Shown here in pieces: positions 42,080 through 51,255 of a DNA stretch of 64,000 nt (the stretch's first letter is position 1; the number at the start of each line of letters is the position of its first letter). The DNA is from an uncultured delta proteobacterium. GTDB lineage: Bacteria > Desulfobacterota > Binatia > Binatales > Binataceae. The DNA is taken from NCBI GenBank assembly GCA_963788205.1, contig CAWBGG010000002.1:193988-257987 (forward strand), in the 5' to 3' direction. The notes beneath the pieces were generated by a model, which saw nothing but the letters and a program-made list of their open reading frames with translations, was not told the DNA's origin and ran no database searches. The position numbers and the translations under genes are program-made.

Positions 42080-44209
42080 GTGACGGTTCTGGGCGTCTAT
42101 CGGCTTGCCCAGTTCCCCAATTTCTACCCGCATGGCCTGGACTGGCGCGGCGCCCTGGAAGGAATCTGGCCGTTGCTGCCTATCACTGGATGGGCGGCCA
42201 TCAGAGTGTCGCTGTTTTGGGGCTGGAGCACGGCGGTAATAGCCGGACTGCTGCTGGCATTCGACCCGGCGCTCGGCCTGTGCGACGCGCTCCTGGCTGG
42301 CGCGGCCGGTCTGTGGTTTCTGGGGGATTTTCTCGGCAACATCTTGGGTCCGCTGGGGCTGTTTCGCGCAGCGCTGATTTGGTTGTTGTTGGCCGCCGGC
42401 ACGCTTTGGCTGTTGCGCCTGCGACCGCGCATCCGCCTGCGCGCCCCTAGCCCGGGACAAAAACTGGCGTTGCTGGCTTTCGCGCTGATGGCGGTTATGA
42501 CCTTGCCGATCCAACTGGGTTCGCCGGTGGTCCCTTGGCACGACGCGCTGGCCTGGCCGTCTTCAGCGCAGCGAATTTTGACTTTCCACACTTATGCGCC
42601 ACTGAACAACGACCCCTACGCGGTGTGGGCCTGGTCCGCGCAGGCGCCGGGAACGGAATTGTTTTATGCGCTGTTGGCGCTCGGCAGTGGCACGCGACTG
42701 GCCGTGCTGGCGGAGAGCGCCGCGATGGTGCCGATGCTGGGGTTGCTGGCTTTTGGCGTGTACCGGCTGGGCCGGGTGCTTTTCGACGACCTTGCAGGCG
42801 GCTTCGCAGCTCTCCTTTTGCTGTTCACGATTTTCCCTAAATGGACACAAAGCATGCGGCCGGGCGTGACCGCCTTCGCGCTAGCCAGTATTGGCCTGGC
42901 CTTCTTTCTCGACAACCGCCGAAGCCGGACCCGCATGGCGATAGGCGCGATGTTGCTCGGGGCTTCCATTCCCTCCCATGCGATCGATGGAGCTATCGGG
43001 ATTGCGGTGGCCGCCTGGGCCGTAGCGATTTGGTCAGCGGCGAAAGATCGATCCCGGGTCCGCGCCGGCATCGGCTGCCTGGCCGGTGCTTTCATGCTCG
43101 GGTCACCGGAGTTCTTCGTTGTGTTCCGCATACCGTTGCCTTACTTAATTCTATTCTTAAGCCAACTTACCGGCGCCGCGGTCATCCTTGGCTCGGTGGG
43201 AACACTCAACGGCGGCTCCGTTCAGGGTTCAACGCTTCCGCGCACACTCGGCCTCGCCGTCTTTGGGGCCCTCGCGCTGGTGCTGCCGCTCGAATCTTGG
43301 CCCACTTTTGCGGCGTTCGCTCCGCTCGGGAATCAGCCAGGGATGCCATTAGCGCTGGCTCAATTGTCGCTGACTCCAATAGTGCTGACGACCTCGGGAG
43401 CGGCCGGGCTCATTTTGCTCGCGCTGAAATTGCGAACCCATCCAAGGGCGCCGGCCTATGCCGTGCTCGCAGCAAGCGTCCTGCTGCTCGGTCCGGTGGC
43501 GAACCTGGTGCTTGGCGTCGTAGCGCCCTACGTTTCAAGCGCCTCCGCAGAGTTTATGCTTTCGCACCCTGCGTTCTATCTCAATCTGTTCTGGTGTCCG
43601 TGCTTTCTGGCCTCAATCGCGGCCTTGCCACTCACCTTGGTCTGGAGCCGGTGGTCCAAATCGATTGCCCTGTTGGTGCTGCTGTCGGCGTGGATCTATC
43701 CCTGGCGCGTGATGGATCCAACCCTTTTTTGGTGGCAACGAGCCCCCCACTCCATGGTTGAGCAGTCGGCCCACAATCTCCAGATCGCCGCCCGCGGCTA
43801 CTTTTTAGATTGTCCGGATCGGCGCTGGAGCCTGAGCCCGGAAGGCTTTGCCGTGGTTGACATTCTGAACCGGGAAATAAGCGCCGGCCGGATCACGATG
43901 GCGACGCACGTCGCTCATGTCCATCTCTTGCCGCCGACGTGGGAATCGCCGGCGGAGTTTGCGCTTTTCACCGGAATTAACGACGACCCGGTCTATAAGG
44001 ACCTCGAACCCAATTTCCCGCTTTTTGCGGGTAGCCGGCAACGGTCAATCGAACAATTCGTCGCCACTCTCGCGGAGGGTGCTCCCTACATCCTCGACGA
44101 GAGAGCCCTGCCGCAGGGAATGATTTACCCGGGCTATGAAGAGATTTTTGACAGCGAGCATCTGCACCTTTTCCGCCGCGTCCCGCCCACTGCCAAAGTC
44201 CCGCACTAA
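42080..44209 (+). CDS. N-terminally truncated tandem paralog of the 37866-41795 membrane protein (corresponds to its residues ~570-1309)
   Basis: 709-aa ORF beginning GTG at 42080 (MTVLGVYRLAQFPNFYPHGLDWRGALEGIWPLLPITGWAAIRVSLFWGW...), colinear with 39640-41795 at roughly 90% identity. The frame is open upstream to a TAG at 41930-41932 with no canonical start, so the true start/expression is uncertain. Confidence 0.55.
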   Translation: MTVLGVYRLAQFPNFYPHGLDWRGALEGIWPLLPITGWAAIRVSLFWGWSTAVIAGLLLAFDPALGLCDALLAGAAGLWFLGDFLGNILGPLGLFRAALIWLLLAAGTLWLLRLRPRIRLRAPSPGQKLALLAFALMAVMTLPIQLGSPVVPWHDALAWPSSAQRILTFHTYAPLNNDPYAVWAWSAQAPGTELFYALLALGSGTRLAVLAESAAMVPMLGLLAFGVYRLGRVLFDDLAGGFAALLLLFTIFPKWTQSMRPGVTAFALASIGLAFFLDNRRSRTRMAIGAMLLGASIPSHAIDGAIGIAVAAWAVAIWSAAKDRSRVRAGIGCLAGAFMLGSPEFFVVFRIPLPYLILFLSQLTGAAVILGSVGTLNGGSVQGSTLPRTLGLAVFGALALVLPLESWPTFAAFAPLGNQPGMPLALAQLSLTPIVLTTSGAAGLILLALKLRTHPRAPAYAVLAASVLLLGPVANLVLGVVAPYVSSASAEFMLSHPAFYLNLFWCPCFLASIAALPLTLVWSRWSKSIALLVLLSAWIYPWRVMDPTLFWWQRAPHSMVEQSAHNLQIAARGYFLDCPDRRWSLSPEGFAVVDILNREISAGRITMATHVAHVHLLPPTWESPAEFALFTGINDDPVYKDLEPNFPLFAGSRQRSIEQFVATLAEGAPYILDERALPQGMIYPGYEEIFDSEHLHLFRRVPPTAKVPH

Positions 44210-45423
44210 TGTCCTCGCTTCAGACCGGCCGGGAGGGAACGACGGTGAATCGATCCTTGAGCCGCAGAAACGGGCTCTCCAGCCACTGATACGAAGCCAT
44301 CGCGAAGCCGAGCGTCAGGGCGAAGGACAACGACACGAAGATCGGCAGCGCCAGCGGCAACATCACTCCCGGCCAGCGCATCGCCAGGCCCCGGAGCCAG
44401 AAGTGCATGATCAGCTTGACGAGACACATGGCGAAAATATGGTATACGTACAGGCCGTAGGAAATCCTGCCAAGATATACCAGTCCTCGATTGGCCACGA
44501 GTTTCGGGTAAACGGCGCCGGTACCCAAAACGGCCAGCAGCAAGGCCCCTGCACCCAGCGCGATAGCGGGAAAGGCGAGCATCAGGCGTAATGCGCCCCC
44601 GGTCTTGGGAGTCTGACCGTAGTAGTAAGCGGCAAGAAACCAAAGCGTCAAGCCCCCCGCTATCAGCAACACCCGCGAGGCCGGACGCGTGCGCACCACG
44701 CTGCCGTGAGGCATCGTACCGATCAGGATACCGACGGCAAAGGGATGCAACCGGAACAAGGTGTTTACCCATATCGACGGCCCCAAATGCCCGCTGATTT
44801 GCGCCACGCCGGGCACCAGAGTCGAAGCCGTGAACATGACCAGGGCGGCCAGGCGCATCCCGCGCGTAGAGGTTCGCCGGACCACCTGCGGCCACACCAC
44901 ATAGAACTGCTCTTCGACCGAAACGCTCCACAGGACCTTCAAAGTTATGGGAAGCGAGTCGATGTGAAAAAAGTTTGCCACAAACATCAGGAGCGTCATC
45001 AGGTAGAAAGGTTGGACCGCAAAAAACTGGTAAAAGTGGCCGAGGCCGCCTACGAGAGCGATGAAAAAAAAGTACAAGGGCCAGATCCGGAGAATTCGCC
45101 GGATGTAGAAGGCCCGGAACATCGATACCCCCTGTAGCCGCGCGCTCTTTCAGAAACAGCCGCGTCAGCAGGTAGGCACTCAGCGCGAAGAACAGGTCAA
45201 CGCCGAAGCTACCCATCAACACGAGGGTCTTAGATAATCCGGGTAGCCAGAAGCCGCCCTCACCGAGCAAAGGGCTATCGGCGACGTGAGAAATGAAAAC
45301 GATCAGGAAGGCGAAGAAGCGCAGTGTATCGAGTTCAGGAAGAAAAAATCGTTCGGGCTGCCCAGCCGGGCGCTCAGTGACAGTCGCGCTGTCGAATTCG
45401 GTCTGGAGGGCGTTCTGTTTCAC
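44206..45423 (-). pseudogene. acyltransferase family 3 (OafA/OpgC-like), interrupted by a 1-nt frameshift near 45110-45125
   Basis: N-terminal ~95 codons in frame of ORF 44206-45423 (FFLPELDTLRFFAFLIVFISHV...GSFGVDLFFALSAYLLTRLFLKERAATGGIDV), then switch to frame of ORF 44220-45122 (FRAFYIRRILRIWPLYFFF...WSVSVEEQFYVVWP...ISYGLYVYH...). Removing one nt in gatgttccgggcc restores ...IDVRAFYIRR..., matching the intact paralog at 30291-31559 (VDVKAFYVRR). Confidence 0.65.
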
Positions 45424-45484
45424 GGCCTTCAGCCAGCAGACTAGGCTACCATCGCGCTAAATCAAGCCCTGAAAATGTGTCGCA

Positions 45485-47014
45485 TCAGAGCGGGATGGAG
45501 CACTGTCGAGGCCGGCTTGACCGAGCCCCAAGCGACTCCTGGGCCGGAGAGCGGGACCGCATCGCTTGGCTAATGAACACGGCCAGCAGCAGCAGGTAGA
45601 GAGGATCGGCAACATAGCGGAAGCGGCTGTTCTCCATCGCATTGAAGAGAATTCCAGTCAGGCCCGTATAGAGGATGCCTAGCACCGCGAATAGCAGGGT
45701 CGCGCGGGCGGCGATCGGCAGTCCCTTGCCGCCGCTAATCACGGTCGCAAGGCCCCATCCGATCAGCAGCGGCACCGCCACGGCGAGCAGGATCGACACC
45801 CGATAGTCCGGAGACTCATTCCCGTAGTGGATCTCTCCGTCGCTATACGGCCCGCCCAGCCTGACTGGCACCGCCAGAAGTCCCCGCTCATAGAGCGCGA
45901 TCCAGCCCGACATCTTCATCTGATTCGGATGGAGCGTCGGCGGCTCATGGCTGGCGGGTTGAAGGTACAACTGCCCGGTTGCGGCGACTGCATGAAGGTA
46001 AGCCTTCGGACGATGCCGCAGGACCCAGACCGCGTCATGCAGGCAGATCCTCGAGAGCTGGACGTAGGCAATATTGTTATAGTTGGACAGGCCATTCTGC
46101 TTGGTCTTCTCGTCCAGCGCCGGAACGCCGGTGAGCGGCGCCGAAAACGAGCCCAGCCGCACAAACGGCATGCCCAAACTCATTGCAGAGAGTTTGCCGG
46201 CGGCCACCAACTGATGACGATCGGCCGGCGGGAACTGGAGCGTGGTCATGGTGCACAGGTTCATGCCAAACCACGAGCTGGTGCTCAAGGTGCCGAAGAG
46301 CAACAGATTCTTGGCATACCAGGCCAGGATAACGGCCAGCATCGCCAAGCCCGGCGCGAAGAGCGGGTGCATCTCCTGCCGCAGGAGCAGGTAAAGCGCC
46401 GCGCCGACGCCCAGGAACCAAACGACCTGGAACGACGAGTTCATGAGCACCGGCAGCGCCAGGCAGCATACGAACGCCCATCCATAGAGACGGCGCTTGT
46501 CGCGCAGAAACCGGTTCAGGCAGAAGGCGGCCAAGACCAGAACGAAGGTGGTGGGGTAAGTGTCGTAAAACCAATTTTCGAACATCAGAGTTGCGGGTCC
46601 GATCTCGAACACGAGGGTAATCAGAAGAGCCAACCCAGTCGGGACATCGAGATCGATCATCAGCAGGAACATCACGATCGCGAGCGCGAGGCCGATCGCC
46701 GCAAACAGGACCTGCAAGACCAATGGGTAAAAAGCGGGAAAGAACTTGGCTGCCACGCCCAACGACAGGTTCATCAGCGGCGGCTGGCTATGCAGATACA
46801 ACAGGCTCTCCCACAGACGAGACTGGAGTAGCGGCAGATCCAGGAACTGCCAAAAGCCGAGGTTGGTCGCAAAGCCGTTGCCCGACTGATAGTACAGCGC
46901 TCGCGAGGCGACGAAGGCGGCCACAATCGTGAGCAGGGCAAAGCGCTCGGACGGCCACGACGGGCGCGGAACCGTTCGAGCCGGGGCCTGCATCTGCTGA
47001 TCCGGAATTTCCAT
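45485..47014 (-). CDS. uncharacterised polytopic membrane protein
   Basis: 509-aa ORF with ~12 hydrophobic helices (…LLTIVAAFVASRALYYQSGNGFATNLGFWQFLDLPLLQ...); no family motif recognised. Confidence 0.5.
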   Translation of the reverse strand: MEIPDQQMQAPARTVPRPSWPSERFALLTIVAAFVASRALYYQSGNGFATNLGFWQFLDLPLLQSRLWESLLYLHSQPPLMNLSLGVAAKFFPAFYPLVLQVLFAAIGLALAIVMFLLMIDLDVPTGLALLITLVFEIGPATLMFENWFYDTYPTTFVLVLAAFCLNRFLRDKRRLYGWAFVCCLALPVLMNSSFQVVWFLGVGAALYLLLRQEMHPLFAPGLAMLAVILAWYAKNLLLFGTLSTSSWFGMNLCTMTTLQFPPADRHQLVAAGKLSAMSLGMPFVRLGSFSAPLTGVPALDEKTKQNGLSNYNNIAYVQLSRICLHDAVWVLRHRPKAYLHAVAATGQLYLQPASHEPPTLHPNQMKMSGWIALYERGLLAVPVRLGGPYSDGEIHYGNESPDYRVSILLAVAVPLLIGWGLATVISGGKGLPIAARATLLFAVLGILYTGLTGILFNAMENSRFRYVADPLYLLLLAVFISQAMRSRSPAQESLGARSSRPRQCSIPL

Positions 47015-47101
47015 TTTTGAATCTCGATGCAGAAGTTTCGTGCGGCGCTGGCAGATGCCGCCGGATGGAATTCCTTCTACCGCGAGCGCAGCCCTAATAA
47101 T

Positions 47102-49249
47102 CTAGCGGATAGCGTAGACGCCGGGCCCGAAGCCCGGGTCACCTCTGAGCTCGGTAAAAGTTTCCGGCGCGCGGTCCATCCAGACCTTTTCCGCCGGAGG
47201 CGGGTCGAGACTCACCACGAAGTCGATGTGATCCCGCTTGAGCCGATCGACCCAGGCCTTGAAGTCGGCGCGCTTTATCAGGTCGCCTGGCGGCCCTCCG
47301 TAGTTCACCACCGAGCCGTCGGCGGTTACGGGTACGTAAACTACCGTGTTCTGAAGATGGCTGCCCAGCAGCGGATACAAATACCAGTTGTCACCGATAC
47401 CGTCCCATCCGGCGGTCACCGCAAGGCGATGGGGTTTGCTGTCATCGAGAAAGGACCAGAGCGACCAGGTCGCGTAATCCGGCGACAGCAGGTGCATGTC
47501 ATAGACCGGATCCCTGATCGCCGCCGCGGCCTGGTAGTAGGGGTAGCGCAGCCTGGATCGGATCCACGGCAGCGTCGTGATCGGCACCAGCACCATCACG
47601 GCGGCCACGATAATCGCGAACCTGCGCCAGGCTTGTCCGCCCAACATCAGGATCAGCGCCACTAACACGGCCGCAACCAGAATCGGCGCCGCCAGTTCGC
47701 CGACGGCCGCGGCGTCGAAGCTGGTAAATCCGGTTGGCAGCGCCAACGCCCCATCGACCAGCAGAACCAGCCACCAGAAACCGAAGATCCAGGCGCTCGT
47801 GAACAAGGCCGCGGCCACGGTCGCCAGCGCAAACACCGGCATCGTGAAACGGCCGAAAGTCAGAAACAGCAGCGTGCGGAACCCTGCCGTCTCGGGCGAG
47901 AACAGGCCTCCCGCCAGAACCAGCGCGATCATGAGAATGAAAAGCATCGCGCCCCTTTTTTCGGGCCGGGCGAAAGTCCTGAGCCAGCCGATTACGCCCA
48001 GGACCAATATCGCGGGAGCCAGGGGACCGAGTCCCAGATAATCAGTCGCGTACAGTTGTGAGAACGGCCAGATGAGATACAGCAGGCCGGGCGTGCTGAG
48101 GTGATGCACCAGCTTGGCGGAGTGAACCATCGACCACTCGCGATTGCCCTTCGACAGCACGCGGCCAAACAGAGTCAGCGGGAGCGGGTAGAAGGGAGAG
48201 CCTTTTTCGAGCCAAATCCGCCAGTAGGAATTCAGGAACAACAGCGTGCCGATCGCACAGGCCGTGAGCGGCACGCCAAACCGTTGCCATCCCGAGCGTT
48301 TCCTGAAAGCGCTCAGAAAGATAAAGCCCCACCCGATCGCCATCTCCGGCATCATCGTGACTTTCACGGCCGTGGCCAGTCCGAGGGCGAGGCCGGCGAG
48401 AGCGGCTTCGGGAATCGTGGGAGCGGCAAAACTTCGTGCAGTGAAGAGCAACGCCAGCAAAAAAAAGGCGAGTCCAATGGTATCGATGTACCCGGCGGTC
48501 AACGCATTGGCGATAGCCGGCGTGAATCCGATCGAGAGCGCCGAGAGCATCGCCAGCTTCTGCGTGGCCCCGAACGTCCGCGCCGCAGCGTATCCGGAAA
48601 GCACCAGACTCAACCAGAACAGCAGGCCGCAGGGCGCCAGGAATTCGCCGTCACTGGCGGCCAGCAGCGGCCAGGACCAGAACGAATCGCCCGCGGCCGG
48701 ATAATATTCGCAGAATCCCCAGGTGTCGGGCGCGGCCTGGACCACGTTGTGGCCCTGCTGGACCCATCGGCCGGCCCTGAACAGGTGATACAGCAAGGCA
48801 TCCCATCCCAGCGGCGGCGCGACCAGGCCGCGCATCACGCGGGCAATCACGATCGCGGTGAGCAGCGCGAGGATGATCGCCGGGGCCAATCGATAGGCAA
48901 ACGCGCGCTGGCCATCGGAAAAGACACTCCGTGTAAAGTCGCGAGCAAGGCCGCGCAGCCGGCGCGCGTCGAGCATCAGGAGTGCGGCCGCATCGCCGGC
49001 GCGCAACGAGAAATGAGCCGCCGCGGCCACAACCAGAATCGACACTAACGCCGGTCCGGGTCCGAACCATCCCAACGCCAGCAGCGCCACGAACGATCCG
49101 TAAAATATCCCGTAGGCCAGCAGCGTCGCACCGGCCAAGCGGGTCGAAGAAGGCGCCTCCGGCAGCATCTGCGCGGCGAGCACATACGAGGACCATCCGC
49201 ATCCGGCCAGCAGCACGAGTGCCTTCGCCAGATTCCAAATGCCGATCAC
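47102..49249 (-). CDS. uncharacterised polytopic membrane protein; paralog of 1072-3201
   Basis: 715 aa. Shares MRGLVAPPLGWDALLYHLFRAGRWVQQG, ...DTWGFCEYYPAAGDSFWSWPLLAASDGEFLAP... and the C-terminal WYLYPLLGSHLQNTVVYVPVTADGSVVNY block with the protein at the other end of the window. Confidence 0.6.
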   Translation of the reverse strand: MIGIWNLAKALVLLAGCGWSSYVLAAQMLPEAPSSTRLAGATLLAYGIFYGSFVALLALGWFGPGPALVSILVVAAAAHFSLRAGDAAALLMLDARRLRGLARDFTRSVFSDGQRAFAYRLAPAIILALLTAIVIARVMRGLVAPPLGWDALLYHLFRAGRWVQQGHNVVQAAPDTWGFCEYYPAAGDSFWSWPLLAASDGEFLAPCGLLFWLSLVLSGYAAARTFGATQKLAMLSALSIGFTPAIANALTAGYIDTIGLAFFLLALLFTARSFAAPTIPEAALAGLALGLATAVKVTMMPEMAIGWGFIFLSAFRKRSGWQRFGVPLTACAIGTLLFLNSYWRIWLEKGSPFYPLPLTLFGRVLSKGNREWSMVHSAKLVHHLSTPGLLYLIWPFSQLYATDYLGLGPLAPAILVLGVIGWLRTFARPEKRGAMLFILMIALVLAGGLFSPETAGFRTLLFLTFGRFTMPVFALATVAAALFTSAWIFGFWWLVLLVDGALALPTGFTSFDAAAVGELAAPILVAAVLVALILMLGGQAWRRFAIIVAAVMVLVPITTLPWIRSRLRYPYYQAAAAIRDPVYDMHLLSPDYATWSLWSFLDDSKPHRLAVTAGWDGIGDNWYLYPLLGSHLQNTVVYVPVTADGSVVNYGGPPGDLIKRADFKAWVDRLKRDHIDFVVSLDPPPAEKVWMDRAPETFTELRGDPGFGPGVYAIR

Positions 49250-49288
49250 TTCGAGACGCCGCCGTTGCGCAACCGCGGCGAGCGGCCG

Positions 49289-50038
49289 CTATTGCGCTGC
49301 GCGCACCGCCGGTGCTTCGGCGCGCACGCCCTTGGCTTCCCAGCTAAAGCGCTGCGAAGACCTGGGGTTGGAAGAGTAGACAACGAACGTATTGTTAGCG
49401 ATCACGGCGCCATTTTGGCTCTTGATCGCGACCGGATCGAAACCGTTGATGTTGGTAAGCACGATGGTTCTCGAGTCGGTTCTGGTCAGACGCTCGAAGT
49501 TCGGCGGCAGGGAAACCGAGGCCTCTCCGTTGGTGAGCTGGGCCTCACCGCGAAACAGCAGCGCCGGCTCGTTGCTCAATACTGAAGAATAGGTCAGATG
49601 TGCCGATGGGTCCGCCGGATCGGCGATATCGACTTCGAGCGCGCCGTCGATTTTGGCGTTGCCGTTTACTTCGAGCAGCTCGCTCGGCGTGCTGGTGCCG
49701 ATACCGACGTTGCCCTCGGCCAGAATACTCAGTCGGCTGGCGTATTTAGTATAAAAATCCAGTCCGAATCGATTGCCGCCTTCGGTGCGCTTGGAGCCGA
49801 TCCCCTCGCCGCATTGCGGGCAGCCGAATCGAATTACGTAGTCGATTGCATTATTGTGCAGCGGCCCTCCGTCCTGCAGGCCGATCGCGTCAACCAGCAC
49901 GTCGCCGCTGACGAATTGGGCATGTGCGGCCGCGCCCACAACCAGGAGCATCAGGGACGATACAATCAGAATTCCCGCCGCCAGGGGTGGCCGCCTGCGC
50001 GTAAGTCCCCGTGCATCGCGCGACTGACGAGAGTTCAT
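49289..50038 (-). CDS. secreted protein with tail-fibre-like motif (hypothetical)
   Basis: 249 aa. N-terminal TM/signal (LAAGILIVSSLMLLVVGAAAHAQ). Central GNVGIGTSTPSELLEVNGNAKIDGALEV resembles the GNVGIGTT-P---L-V-G motif seen in bacterial/phage tail-fibre C-terminal domains. Assignment tentative. Confidence 0.45.
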   Translation of the reverse strand: MNSRQSRDARGLTRRRPPLAAGILIVSSLMLLVVGAAAHAQFVSGDVLVDAIGLQDGGPLHNNAIDYVIRFGCPQCGEGIGSKRTEGGNRFGLDFYTKYASRLSILAEGNVGIGTSTPSELLEVNGNAKIDGALEVDIADPADPSAHLTYSSVLSNEPALLFRGEAQLTNGEASVSLPPNFERLTRTDSRTIVLTNINGFDPVAIKSQNGAVIANNTFVVYSSNPRSSQRFSWEAKGVRAEAPAVRAAQ

Positions 50039-50197
50039 GGCACCTTATGCCAAGCTGAGCCGTGGATGGTCAATAGAAGCCAGAACTTCTTATAACAGTG
50101 CCCCCCCAACGGCTGGCTTATCGCGCTCTTTACGGCGCCCGCGGATGATCCAGCGCGAGCGGCCGCCGCCCGGCGCAATCGGCCACGATCGATCCGA

Positions 50198-51109
50198 CTA
50201 GATGTAGAGAATTATAATGTCAGCCGCGACCCACAGCACGACCGACATCAGCAGGGTGCGATCTTTCAGGAGCAGCCGCGAGGGCTCACCGCCTTCACGC
50301 TTCTCGACCACCAGGTACAGGTAGCGCAGGATGCCGAGCACCACGAAGGGCACGGTAAGGTACAGATAGCCGGTACCGAGTTTGCGTTCGACGTCGGGTG
50401 AGGCGGTGTAGATCATGTAGCCCACCAGGGTCGCGGAGGCGGCGATCGATATCATCTGGTCGATGAGCCGGACGCTGTAATGGTCCAGCGCGCTGCGATG
50501 AGACGACGCCGCTACGCCCAGCGCGATCAGCTCATGGCGCCGGCGGGCCAGCGCGAGCAGCAGCGCGAGCACGAAGGTGATGAAGATCAGCCAGGGAGAA
50601 ACTTCGACGTGAATCGCCAGTCCGCCGGCAAAAGCGCGCATCACGAAGCCGATCGCGATTGTGATGACGTTGACGATCACGATGTGCTTGAGCCGCAGCG
50701 AGTAGGCAAACTGGAGCGCCACATAAGCGACCGCGAGGCACGCGAAGCCGGGCCCCAGCGCGAGGCTGAGCACGCCCCCGACCACCCCGAGCATGCATGC
50801 CATCACGATCGCGTCGGGCACGCTCAGCTCGCCGCTGGCGATCGGGCGGTTGCGCTTCTCGGGATGCTTGCCGTCGGTCTCGCGATCAGAGATGTCGTTT
50901 ACGATGTAGCCCAGGCTCGAGACCGCGCAGAACGCAACCAGTGCCATCACGGTGCGCAGATCGTCGCCCAGGTGAAAGAGCCGCTGGCTGAAGATCAGAG
51001 CCGCGAAAATTATCGCGTTCTTCAACCATTGATGGGGGCGGGCAACCTTCCACATCGCCCGCCATCGGGCCGTCCGGACCGGGGGTTCTCTATCTTCGGC
51101 GAGATTCAC
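50198..51109 (-). CDS. UbiA-family prenyltransferase, decaprenyl-phosphate phosphoribosyltransferase-like (DPPR synthase homolog)
   Basis: 303 aa. ...ARPHQWLKNAIIFAALIFS...GYIVNDISDRETDGKHPEKRNRPIASGELS... (NDxxDxxxD Asp-rich motif of the UbiA superfamily, in the context typical of Rv3806c-type 5-phosphoribosyl transferases), 8-9 TM helices. Confidence 0.75.
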   Translation of the reverse strand: MNLAEDREPPVRTARWRAMWKVARPHQWLKNAIIFAALIFSQRLFHLGDDLRTVMALVAFCAVSSLGYIVNDISDRETDGKHPEKRNRPIASGELSVPDAIVMACMLGVVGGVLSLALGPGFACLAVAYVALQFAYSLRLKHIVIVNVITIAIGFVMRAFAGGLAIHVEVSPWLIFITFVLALLLALARRRHELIALGVAASSHRSALDHYSVRLIDQMISIAASATLVGYMIYTASPDVERKLGTGYLYLTVPFVVLGILRYLYLVVEKREGGEPSRLLLKDRTLLMSVVLWVAADIIILYI

Positions 51110-51255
51110 TAATCAAGTTTGTAGCCACGAGTCGCAGCCAAAGGCAAGTCGCATTTTGCGCCGTATAGGCACAGGCCAACCCGATCGCGAAGCACGCGGC
51201 GCCAGGAGCGCGGTGCGTGCTCTGCCGCAAAGCTGCGCGGCGCAGCGCGCGGAGT

